This document shows positions 1 through 7,229 of a stretch of 32,000 bases of DNA, piece by piece. Source of the DNA: Mycolicibacterium smegmatis (GTDB lineage Bacteria > Actinomycetota > Actinomycetes > Mycobacteriales > Mycobacteriaceae); NCBI RefSeq assembly GCF_001457595.1, contig NZ_LN831039.1, forward strand, positions 3,510,001-3,542,000, written 5' to 3'. The translations under genes and the position numbers were made by a program. The notes beneath the pieces are model-generated. The model did no database searches. It saw nothing but the letters and a program-made list of their open reading frames with translations, and was not told where the DNA came from. The stretch's first letter is position 1. Every line of letters begins with the position of its first letter.

Positions 1-656
1 CGGGCATGGGAATTCAGTATCTGCTGTTGCGCTCGGGGCCCATGACCATGCCGCCGTCCACGCTCGGAGCCTTCGCCAAGAGCGACCCCACTCTGGCCAG
101 CCCTGACCTGGAGTGGCACGTGCAGCCATTGTCCCTGCCGAAGTTCGGCGAACCCCTGCACCCCTTCGCGGCCATCACTCCCTCGGTGTGCAATCTGCGC
201 CCAACTTCCCGCGGCCACGTGCGCATGGCCACCGCGGATCCGCTGGCCGACCCGAAGATCCTCTGCAACTACCTGTCCACGGACGACGATCGCGAAAAGG
301 CGGTGCGAGGCCTGCGAATGACGCGGCAGATCATGTCCGCCCCGGCACTGGCCCGATATTCTCCGGAGGAGATGCTTCCCGGCCCGCAGCTGGCGAGTGA
401 CGACGATCTGCAACAGGCGGCGCGCGAATTGGGTACGACGATCTTCCATCCGGTCGGCACGTGTGCAATGGGTGCGTTCGACACACATGGTCTGCCTACC
501 TCGGCCACCACAGTTCTCGATACCGATCTGCGCGTCTTCCGGGTCGCCGGTCTGAGGGTGGCCGATGCCTCCGCGATGCCGAACATCACTTCCGGCAACA
601 CAAATGCGCCGGTGATGCTCATCGCAGAACGCGCCGCGCGCGCGATCCTGGGATGA
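1..656 (+). CDS. GMC-family (choline dehydrogenase-like) FAD oxidoreductase, C-terminal part; the 5' end lies upstream of the window
   Basis: The ORF is open to the left edge (frame of base 3). The tail TIFHPVGTCAMG...ADASAMPNITSGNTNAPVMLIAERAA matches the conserved C-terminal active-site block of GMC oxidoreductases. Confidence 0.8.
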   Translation, partial: GMGIQYLLLRSGPMTMPPSTLGAFAKSDPTLASPDLEWHVQPLSLPKFGEPLHPFAAITPSVCNLRPTSRGHVRMATADPLADPKILCNYLSTDDDREKAVRGLRMTRQIMSAPALARYSPEEMLPGPQLASDDDLQQAARELGTTIFHPVGTCAMGAFDTHGLPTSATTVLDTDLRVFRVAGLRVADASAMPNITSGNTNAPVMLIAERAARAILG

Positions 657-673
657 CTCGATAATCTTCGTGT

Positions 674-1588
674 ATGGCCGACCGCACGCAGTTGGGTGCC
701 GCGACCATCTCACGGGTGGTCGAATGGCGTCTTGATCTACCGCTCACCATGTTTCCCCGCACCCCGCACGACGTGTGGCAGGAACTCGCGTCCGAACTGA
801 GCCCCACGTTCTGGAACTCCGACAAGTGGCACGCCCTGGTGCAGACGTGGGTCGTCGAGGTCGACGGACTCACGGTGCTGGTCGACACCGGCGTCGGCAA
901 CGGTCGCGACCGCCCGGCCATGCCATTCCTGGCTGGTCTCGACACCGATTTCCTCGAGGCGCTCGAAGCCGCGGGCGTCTCCCCCGCCTCGGTGGACATC
1001 GTCGTCAACACCCACGTCCACACCGACCACGTCGGGTGGAACACCAGACGCGAGAACGATCGATGGGTGCCGACCTTCCCGAACGCCCGCTATCTCGTGC
1101 CGGAAGCCGACTACCGCTACTACCACCCGGAAAATGCCGACGCCCGGGGCCCCGGCCGGGACGAGGAACATCAGGCGCGACTCGATGCGAGCCGAATCCT
1201 GTTCTCCGACAGTATTCTTCCTGTTGACGAGGCGGGTCAGATCCAACTGTGGTGCGATGACTACCAGATCAGCGAGTCGCTGAGGTTGCGGCCCGCTCCG
1301 GGCCACACACCCGGCTCATCGGTGCTGTGGCTGGATGCGGGCCGACCGGCGGTGTTCGTCGGGGACCTCACCCACAGCCCCATGCAGATCCACCACCCCA
1401 CGGATTCATGTGTGCTCGACGAGGACTTCGACCAAGCCGCAGTGACGCGTCGACGCGTGCTGACCGAGGCGTCCAGGCGGCGTGCCGCCGTCATTCCCGC
1501 GCACTATCCGGGGCACGGCGGGGCGACCGTGGTGGCACGCGGCGACGCGTTCATGATCGACGGTTGGCTGAACGTCGACGCGTTGTGA
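674..1588 (+). CDS. MBL-fold metallo-hydrolase (lactonase/hydrolase-like)
   Basis: 304-aa ORF. NTHVHTDHVGWN carries the HxHxDH zinc motif of the metallo-beta-lactamase fold. The ATG lies 18 nt after the upstream stop. Confidence 0.8.
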   Translation: MADRTQLGAATISRVVEWRLDLPLTMFPRTPHDVWQELASELSPTFWNSDKWHALVQTWVVEVDGLTVLVDTGVGNGRDRPAMPFLAGLDTDFLEALEAAGVSPASVDIVVNTHVHTDHVGWNTRRENDRWVPTFPNARYLVPEADYRYYHPENADARGPGRDEEHQARLDASRILFSDSILPVDEAGQIQLWCDDYQISESLRLRPAPGHTPGSSVLWLDAGRPAVFVGDLTHSPMQIHHPTDSCVLDEDFDQAAVTRRRVLTEASRRRAAVIPAHYPGHGGATVVARGDAFMIDGWLNVDAL

Positions 1589-1746
1589 AGCTGAACCCCG
1601 AAGCCCAGCGCAGTCGGCAGCTCACGACGCGCACCTTTCAGGCGCGTGGAGCGGCAAGCGATTTTCCGTCATCGAATCCGCTCCGACCCCTGGCGGCCGC
1701 GTGGGCAGGGTACGCCGTGATTTGCGCCTACGGCCCTCGTACCGCG

Positions 1747-2430
1747 TCAGAGCGTGGCGGCGGTGGCCTGGTTGTACAGGTCCGCGGCCGCGCCCATCGC
1801 GGCCCGGACGGTGTTGTAGTAGTGCGTACCGACGCCACCACTGCGGTATTTGCGCAGCTGCGGGTTCTGGGCGAGCGTCGCCGCGAGAACGTTGTCGCTG
1901 GTGCCGTACTTCCTGAACGCATCATTGAATCGGACAATGAACCGGGCGATTGCCTTGTTGGGGTCCTGGCGCTCTTCGACCGTGCCGAAGCTGGCTTTTT
2001 CCTGGAACAGGCCGATGACCTCGTCAGCCCTGGTACCGCGGCTCCCATAGGCCTGCACACCACCGGAGACCGCAGGACGAAAACCGGACTCGATCTTTGC
2101 GGTGGCGATGATCGTCTTGATCTGGTCTTCATTCAGCCCGGCCGCCTGTCCCTGGGCCACGATTGCCCTGACGACCGCCTGCGCGTCGGAGTCCTTGGTC
2201 ACGGCGGCCACCGGCGCGGGTGCAGCCACCGGCGCGGGGGCGGGTGCGACGACCGGCGCCACCGCGGCTTCCAGCGCAGGCTGTTGCTCAACTGCGACGG
2301 CGGCCTCGCGGTTCGTGGGCGTCGACAGCAGACCCGCCCCACCGATGCCCGTCATCACGAGCACGCCGGCGAGGATCTTCTTCACAGGTTTCTGCGCGCC
2401 GGATGTGGCAGGCATTCGGTGTTTCGGCAT
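1747..2430 (-). CDS. Secreted or membrane-anchored protein with an Ala/Pro linker and a lytic-transglycosylase-like C-terminal domain
   Basis: The ORF track extends to 2652. I start at ATG 2430, preceded by a purine-rich stretch. The N-terminus MPKHRMPATSGAQKPVKKILAGVLVMTGIGGAGLL is basic followed by a hydrophobic anchor. An APVVAPAPAPVAAPAPVAA linker follows. The blocks AKIESGF...IGLFQ resemble the E-S and GLxQ blocks of SLT-type transglycosylases. The function call is weaker than the CDS call. Confidence 0.6.
   Translation of the reverse strand: MPKHRMPATSGAQKPVKKILAGVLVMTGIGGAGLLSTPTNREAAVAVEQQPALEAAVAPVVAPAPAPVAAPAPVAAVTKDSDAQAVVRAIVAQGQAAGLNEDQIKTIIATAKIESGFRPAVSGGVQAYGSRGTRADEVIGLFQEKASFGTVEERQDPNKAIARFIVRFNDAFRKYGTSDNVLAATLAQNPQLRKYRSGGVGTHYYNTVRAAMGAAADLYNQATAATL
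2207..2238. repeat. 14-bp direct repeat GCCACCGGCGCGGG x2, offset 18 bp, inside the Ala/Pro linker coding region
   Basis: Copies at 2207-2220 and 2225-2238 read directly from the sequence. On the minus strand they encode the reiterated PAPVAA-type linker. Confidence 0.7.
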
Positions 2431-2560
2431 AGTTCTGCTCTCTTCTGGGGTGTGAACTTGTGGATCCGTGTGCCGGACCTCGTACTCCCCCTCGAAACCC
2501 CGCCGCCCGGGAGCTGAGCAGCGTGGCGTGACCGCGCACGGGTCGCGATCCGGTGACTTG

Positions 2561-2598
2561 TCACCGAAATGGTCGGTGCACGCCAGCAAAATTTGCTG
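2561..2598. promoter_or_regulatory. Two adjacent palindromes in the upstream region of the secreted transglycosylase-like gene
   Basis: CGGTGAC-TT-GTCACCG at 2561-2576 has perfect 7-bp arms. CAGCAAA-A-TTTGCTG at 2584-2598 has 7-bp arms. Both lie 130-170 nt upstream of ATG 2430. The loops are too short for RNA hairpins, so protein-binding sites are more likely. Confidence 0.3.
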
Positions 2599-3058
2599 AG
2601 CGCGTTGCAGTCGCAGCGACGCACGAACTGGCCGACCTAGGACACACCACACCCGTGGTGCGGATATTCCCGATTTGCCATGTTGTGATCGGCGTCACCC
2701 AAACTGGTGCTACTGCACTGTCGCCGTTAGCCGTGAACTGTATTAAAACAATCGCGATCTCGCAAAATCGCACAGGAACCTCACAAGTTTCCTCAGGCGT
2801 TCCGCGCATTGTCCAAATGGGACACCATGTTTGCTGAAAGTGCGACTAGAGGTGGCTGTGCGGGGTCGATCCCGGTGGTAACACAGCCAGGTGGCGTTCG
2901 AACGAATCGGTATAGCTTCACATCGAATTCTCATACCCTGCAATAGGTTTACCGGAGTCGGCATTGAAACCTGGTGGGAAACAAGACAGTTGATTGCGAG
3001 CCATCCATTCCGGTCAGCATCGATCCACGGTGGACCCAACCGGCCCCCCACTGACGCG

Positions 3059-3117
3059 CCACCGGTGATCGGACCGGCGCAGAACCCGGCCTGCGCGGAC
3101 GCGCCGGGCACCGGTGG
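3059..3117 (+). other. GC-rich compound stem-loop about 55 nt upstream of the SDR gene (attenuator, terminator or REP-like element; function unknown)
   Basis: The outer inverted repeat is CCACCGGTG (3059-3067) paired with CACCGGTGG (3109-3117). The inner stem is GCGCAG (3077-3082) paired with CTGCGC (3091-3096), with an 8-nt loop. Confidence 0.3.
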
Positions 3118-3172
3118 AGTCGCACGCGGGGCACCCGGATTCCTCCGTAGCGCGTCTGCGTAGAGTCGGCCC

Positions 3173-3958
3173 GTGACCGACGCAGCAACACCTGAGAATC
3201 CCTTCGATCTGACCGGCCACGTCGCGGTTGTCACCGGCGGCGGTTCCGGCATAGGCCTGGGTATGGCCGAGGGGCTGGCCCGCGCCGGCGCTGCTGTGGC
3301 CATCCTCGGACGCACCGCCTCCCGCCTGGAGACCGCTGCGGAGCACCTACGACGGCACGCCCGGCCCGTTCTTCCGCTGGTGTGCGACGTCGCCGACGAG
3401 CAGGCGACCACGGCTGCCATGGCGCGTGTTCGTGGCGAATTCGGTTTTCTGGACTCGTGTTTCGCCAACGCCGGGGTGCGTGGTGAGTTCACTCCGGTTC
3501 TGGAGACGTCGCTGGAGATGTTCCGGGAAGTCACGCGCGTCGACCTGGACGGCGTGTTCGTCACGCTTCGTGAAGCGGCGCGCCAGATGATCGAGGCGGG
3601 TCGCGGTGGCAGCCTGGTGGCGGTGTCCAGCCTGGGCGCGTTCCAGGGCATGCCGCGCCAACCCGCTTACGCGGCGTCGAAGGCCGGCGTCGCGTCACTG
3701 ATCGACAGCATGGCCGTCGAGTTGGCCCGTCACGGAATCCGCGCCAACACGGTGGCGCCCGGATGGTTCGACACCGAGATGACCGCGGACGGTTTGGCCG
3801 ACGAACGCTTCCGCGAGCGTGTGTTGCCGCGTGTCCCGGTGCGGCGGTGGGGTGCCGCGGACGACATCGGCGGAGTGGCGGTCTATCTGGCTGGTTCGGC
3901 CAGCCGGTACCACACCGGCGACGTGCTGCGTATCGACGGCGGCTACCTCAAGTTCTAG
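3173..3958 (+). CDS. SDR-family oxidoreductase (classical short-chain dehydrogenase)
   Basis: VVTGGGSGIGLG is a Rossmann TGxxxGxG motif and YAASKAG is the YxxxK catalytic motif. 261 aa with a GTG start. Confidence 0.85.
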   Translation: MTDAATPENPFDLTGHVAVVTGGGSGIGLGMAEGLARAGAAVAILGRTASRLETAAEHLRRHARPVLPLVCDVADEQATTAAMARVRGEFGFLDSCFANAGVRGEFTPVLETSLEMFREVTRVDLDGVFVTLREAARQMIEAGRGGSLVAVSSLGAFQGMPRQPAYAASKAGVASLIDSMAVELARHGIRANTVAPGWFDTEMTADGLADERFRERVLPRVPVRRWGAADDIGGVAVYLAGSASRYHTGDVLRIDGGYLKF

Positions 3959-5127
3959 CCGGCGGGTCGGTCGTCGGTGTCCTCGAGCATGAGGGGCGGT
4001 TGCGGGCCCACCGCGTAGACGTGGTCAGGTGTCGCGATGGTGGTCACCACATCCGCGATCTGCCCCGCCGAATGCGGTTCGGGCACATCGGAGTTGACGA
4101 ACACGACCAATGTGGCGTCGCGCTGCGGGAGGTAGACCGCGACCGTGGCGTAACCCGGGATGTCGCCGTTGTGCCCGCGCCAGCCCTGGACGTCGAAGAT
4201 CGTGAATGCGTAGTCGACCCCGGGGACCACCTCGGAACCGTTGCTGATCCGCTCGGCCTGTGTGTCCGGCTGCAGCAGCGCACCGCTGCCCAACACCTTG
4301 GTCCACGTTCGCATGTCGTGGACATTCGACACGATCTTCCCGGCTGCGTCCGCCCACGAGGGGTTCCACAGCGTGGTGTCCACGATCGCGTCGTTCGGCG
4401 CCTTGTTGTACCCGTGCGCATATGGCCCGGGTAACCAGCCATTGCCCGGATAGCTGGTCTGGCTCAACCCCACCGGGCCGAAGATGTTGTCCTGCAGATA
4501 CTGTCCCAGCGGCACTCCGGCCACCTTCTCCACCACCATGCCGAGCAGCACGGTGTTGGTGTTGGAGTACTCGTACCGGCTGCCCGGTGTGAACTTCAGC
4601 GGTTGCGCGAACGCCGACTCGACCAGTTCGCGGGGAGTCACGGCGAAAGCATCTGGCCCCGTGGGTGATTCGCGGTAGAGCCGTTCGATGAAGTCACCCG
4701 TCTCGGTGTAGTCAATGAGCCCGCTGCGCATCCGGCCGAGTAGATCGAGCGTGATCACCTCACCGGACGGAACACCTTCGACATACCGGGAAATTGGGTC
4801 GCTCAAGCGGATTCGCCCCTGCTCGACGAGCTGTAGGATCGCGGTTCCGGTGAATGTCTTCGTGACACTGCCGATGCGGTGGTGGTTGTCCACCAGCATG
4901 GGGACCCCTGTGGCTGTGTCACCCACACCGAACGTCTTCACGTAGTCGATCTCACCGGGGATCGACAGGCTCACGATCGCACCTGGCGCACCCATCTGCG
5001 CCAGCCGCGCTTCTATCGCGCGATCCAGCCTCGCGGCCAACTCGAGCGGTTGCGCTGTGACCGGCGGCGGCACAACCAGTGCCAGAATCGCCAGGAGGAT
5101 CGTCGCCGATGTCCGTGCGGCTCGCAT
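3955..5127 (-). CDS. Secreted serine hydrolase, class C beta-lactamase/esterase/D-aminopeptidase-like family
   Basis: IGSVTKTF carries the SxxK motif. I start at ATG 5127, which has GGAGG 7 nt upstream and gives the signal peptide MRAARTSATILLAILALVVPPPVTAQP. The 5307 start in the ORF track is rejected. Confidence 0.8.
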   Translation of the reverse strand: MRAARTSATILLAILALVVPPPVTAQPLELAARLDRAIEARLAQMGAPGAIVSLSIPGEIDYVKTFGVGDTATGVPMLVDNHHRIGSVTKTFTGTAILQLVEQGRIRLSDPISRYVEGVPSGEVITLDLLGRMRSGLIDYTETGDFIERLYRESPTGPDAFAVTPRELVESAFAQPLKFTPGSRYEYSNTNTVLLGMVVEKVAGVPLGQYLQDNIFGPVGLSQTSYPGNGWLPGPYAHGYNKAPNDAIVDTTLWNPSWADAAGKIVSNVHDMRTWTKVLGSGALLQPDTQAERISNGSEVVPGVDYAFTIFDVQGWRGHNGDIPGYATVAVYLPQRDATLVVFVNSDVPEPHSAGQIADVVTTIATPDHVYAVGPQPPLMLEDTDDRPAG

Positions 5128-5305
5128 GGTGCAACCTCCACGTCGACAGCGCGCTGTGGCCAGGGGGACGCGCATTCGCGCAGAGCATATCCCCGATCCA
5201 CGCCCCGGTGTCGGTTGCCGGAGTTTTGCCCGCCCATCGGTCGATGCATTCGATACGGACGTGCGGTAGAACTGCGATGAGGACGTCACCAACGAGAGGA
5301 TCGCC

Positions 5306-5695
5306 ATGGTCGCCGTGCCCGAGGGTTACGAATCTCTGCTCGAACGGCCCCTGTACGGGCATCTCGCCACTGTCCGTCCTGATGGCACTCCTCAGGTGAA
5401 CGCGATGTGGTTCGCCTGGGACGGTGAGGTGCTGCGGTTCACCCACACCACCAAGCGGCAGAAGTACCGCAACATCAAGGCGAATCCGGCGGTCGCGATG
5501 TCCGTCATCGATCCCGACAACCCCTACCGCTACCTCGAGGTGCGCGGCCTGGTCGAGGACATCGTGCCCGACCCCACCGGCGCGTTCTACCTCAAGCTGA
5601 ACGACCGTTACGACGGCCCGTTGACCGAGCCACCCGCCGACAAGGCCGATCGCGTGATCATCGTGGTGAGGCCGACCGCGTTCAGCAAGCAGTAG
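5306..5695 (+). CDS. PPOX-class probable F420-dependent oxidoreductase (pyridoxamine 5'-phosphate oxidase fold)
   Basis: 129 aa. LYGHLATVRPDGTPQVNAMWFAWDGEVLRFTHTTKRQKYRNIKANPAVAMSV is typical of the Rv1155-like family. A GAGAGGA RBS precedes the ATG. Confidence 0.8.
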   Translation: MVAVPEGYESLLERPLYGHLATVRPDGTPQVNAMWFAWDGEVLRFTHTTKRQKYRNIKANPAVAMSVIDPDNPYRYLEVRGLVEDIVPDPTGAFYLKLNDRYDGPLTEPPADKADRVIIVVRPTAFSKQ

Positions 5696-5702
5696 CCGAT
5701 AC

Positions 5703-6320
5703 TCACCGCCAGCGGTCGGCACACTCCAACAGTTCGGCCTCCACTTCTGCGACCGGACGGTAAAAGTCGCCTTCGGCGGCCGGTGGTTCGCTGTGGACGA
5801 CGAATCCTTCGACGTCCATGGCCATGAACCCGCCGAGGATCGTGAAGAACGGTCCGACGGCGAGGTCGGTGCGAGGATCCTGCCCCGTGGGTGTCGCGCG
5901 GGCCGAGACAACGGCCACCCGCTTTCCGCGCAGCGGGCACACTCCCTCGGCGGCCGGCGATGTCAGTCCGATCACGTGCACGTAGTCCAGCCACGCCTTG
6001 ATCGTCGAGGGCATCGACGAGTTGTACATCGGTGCGCCGATGACAACTGCGTCGGCTTCGCTCAATTCGGTCACCAGGGCGGACTGCAGCGCCTCGGCAG
6101 AAGCCGAAGGAGCCTGCGCATCCTGTGGGCGGGTGTCGGCGGTGAAGTGCAATGCGTTGGTCGGGAGGTGCGGCAACTGCTCGACGTGCAGATCGCGCCG
6201 GCGAATCTCCCGGTCGGGCGCACCGGCCGCCCACCGCTGAGCGAACTTCTCGGTCAGGTATCGGGACACCGAAGACGACAGGTTCGCTGAAGAGTCAAGC
6301 TGCAGGATGTAAGGCACCAC
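5703..6320 (-). CDS. azoR: FMN-dependent NADH-azoreductase
   Basis: 205 aa. The N-terminus (V)VPYILQLDSSANLSSSVSRYLTEKF and the internal GAPMYNSSMPSTIKAWLD are AzoR/AcpD hallmarks. Confidence 0.8.
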   Translation of the reverse strand: MVPYILQLDSSANLSSSVSRYLTEKFAQRWAAGAPDREIRRRDLHVEQLPHLPTNALHFTADTRPQDAQAPSASAEALQSALVTELSEADAVVIGAPMYNSSMPSTIKAWLDYVHVIGLTSPAAEGVCPLRGKRVAVVSARATPTGQDPRTDLAVGPFFTILGGFMAMDVEGFVVHSEPPAAEGDFYRPVAEVEAELLECADRWR

Positions 6321-6374
6321 GTGATCCTACGGGGTCGGTGACGGCGCAATATGTTCGAGTGCACTGCGTATGCC

Positions 6375-6406
6375 TTGACAGTTATATTCCGATGGCGGAA
6401 TATAAC
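6375..6406 (+). promoter_or_regulatory. Sigma-A-like promoter with an embedded perfect 10-6-10 inverted repeat (ArsR-type operator)
   Basis: TTGACA sits at 6375-6380, followed by a 17-nt spacer and GAATAT at 6398-6403. The ArsR GTG at 6410 lies 7 nt downstream, which is consistent with a leaderless mRNA. The inverted repeat is GTTATATTCC (6381-6390), gatggc, GGAATATAAC (6397-6406). Confidence 0.55.
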
Positions 6407-6409
6407 TGA

Positions 6410-6727
6410 GTGCGCACCGATCCGTTCGCTGTGCTCGCCGAGCCGGCTCGTCGAGACATCCTCGACCAGCTGCGCCTCGGCGAGTCGAGCGTCACGGAGC
6501 TCGTCGAACACCTCCGACTGTCGCAACCGAGCGTCTCCAAGCATCTGAAGGTGCTGCGTGAGGCCGGCTTCGTCAGTACAACGGTTGCGGCCCAACGGCG
6601 CATATACCGGCTCGAACCGTCCCAGCTGAAAGCCGTCGACGAGTGGCTGGAGGGTTACCGGGCGATGTGGACGCGCAATCTGGACGCGATCGAAGAGCAC
6701 CCTGAGGGGCCACGGCCTCGAAGGTGA
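6410..6727 (+). CDS. ArsR/SmtB-family transcriptional regulator
   Basis: 105 aa. FAVLAEPARRDILDQLRLGESSVTELVEHLRLSQPSVSKHLKVLREAGFV is a canonical ArsR winged HTH. Confidence 0.9.
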   Translation: MRTDPFAVLAEPARRDILDQLRLGESSVTELVEHLRLSQPSVSKHLKVLREAGFVSTTVAAQRRIYRLEPSQLKAVDEWLEGYRAMWTRNLDAIEEHPEGPRPRR

Positions 6728-6989
6728 TGTCCGCGGGGTCGAGATCGACCCCCGCGTGGGCGGTCGGTTCTTCTTCTCGGACGTGCGCGGTGGTCAGGAA
6801 GCGGAACACTGGGGAACATATCGGGCACTGAAGCGACCGACTCTCATCGAGATCACGCCGGAAACACAGGGCTGTTCGGTCGTCCTCACCCACAAGATGG
6901 ACGAGGCTTGTGCCGAGTACCGCGAACAGACCCAAGCGGGATGGCGCACGATGCTGACCGCGATCGGCCAGATGCGACGGCAAGTCGCT
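6711..6989 (+). pseudogene. N-terminally truncated remnant of an SRPBCC (Aha1/START-like) protein, the usual ArsR partner gene
   Basis: The frame-0 translation HGLEGDVRGVEIDPRVGGRFFFSDVRGGQEAEHWGTYRALKRPTLIEITPETQGCSVVLTHKMDE...QAGWRTMLTAIGQM matches the central and C-terminal SRPBCC blocks (DPRVGGRF, G.Y, LTH, GW). The N-terminal ~35-40 residues are absent. The first possible start is GTG 6756, inside the domain. There is no in-frame stop until 7397, antisense to other genes. Boundaries are approximate. Confidence 0.5.
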
Positions 6990-6998
6990 GACAGCCGG

Positions 6999-7145
6999 TC
7001 AGTTGTCTTCGTCGTCGTTGCGGTGTGCTGCCTCGATCACCTCAGGTGGCACCGGCCGCTGCAGCCAGGCCCGCATCCGCAACAACCCGCCGGCGATCGT
7101 CCCGATCGCGAGTATCGCGATGACGATCCAGAACGCAGTGGACAT
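6999..7145 (-). CDS. Small single-pass membrane protein (48 aa), hypothetical
   Basis: From ATG 7145 the product is MSTAFWIVIAILAIGTIAGGLLRMRAW, followed by the acidic tail NDDEDN. GGGAGA lies about 10 nt upstream. There is no family match I can name. Confidence 0.4.
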   Translation of the reverse strand: MSTAFWIVIAILAIGTIAGGLLRMRAWLQRPVPPEVIEAAHRNDDEDN

Positions 7146-7229
7146 ACGGCGATTGTCTCCCGTGCGACAGGAAAAGCGCAGGCAATAGCGCAAGGGCGTA
7201 GCCAACCACTTGTGCGGCGCGTGGATGGC

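Noticed and set aside
2431-2700. A c-di-AMP (ydaO-type) riboswitch upstream of the secreted transglycosylase-like gene, as is seen upstream of rpf and cell-wall hydrolase genes in Actinobacteria.
   Set aside because: I looked for the conserved GGGGACCCA, GGGGUGAAUC and CAGCUAACCUCGUAAGCG blocks on the minus strand and did not find them. The only ACCUCGUA octamer (about 2478-2485) is on the wrong strand. This needs a covariance-model scan to be definitive.
2840-3172. A cobalamin or other known riboswitch in the 5' region of the SDR gene, and a tRNA-like T-arm (GGGGTCGATCCC at about 2862-2873).
   Set aside because: No B12 box or AGGGAA/GGUG core was visible. The T-arm-like segment lacks acceptor, D and anticodon arms around it. 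I retained only the unexplained structured and noncoding observation.
5146-5157. The 12-bp perfect palindrome ACAGCGCGCTGT in the serine hydrolase/PPOX divergent region, and the 8-bp TGACGTCA at 24713-24720.
   Set aside because: Short GC-rich or 8-bp palindromes are expected by chance in this composition. There is no second copy or positional logic that I could see.
5128-5307. N-terminal extensions offered by the ORF track: serine hydrolase to 5307, ADH to 12817, NmrA-like to 8219, SnoaL-like to 9400, secreted protein to 2652, enoyl-CoA hydratase from 14428, cupin from 18513, second ACAD from 17662 and LamB/YcsF from 26663.
   Set aside because: The internal starts give canonical N-termini (a signal peptide, MKTKAAV, or Rossmann motifs near the N-terminus). 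They also have Shine-Dalgarno sequences or 4-nt overlaps with the upstream gene. The extensions overlap neighbouring genes or have atypical composition.
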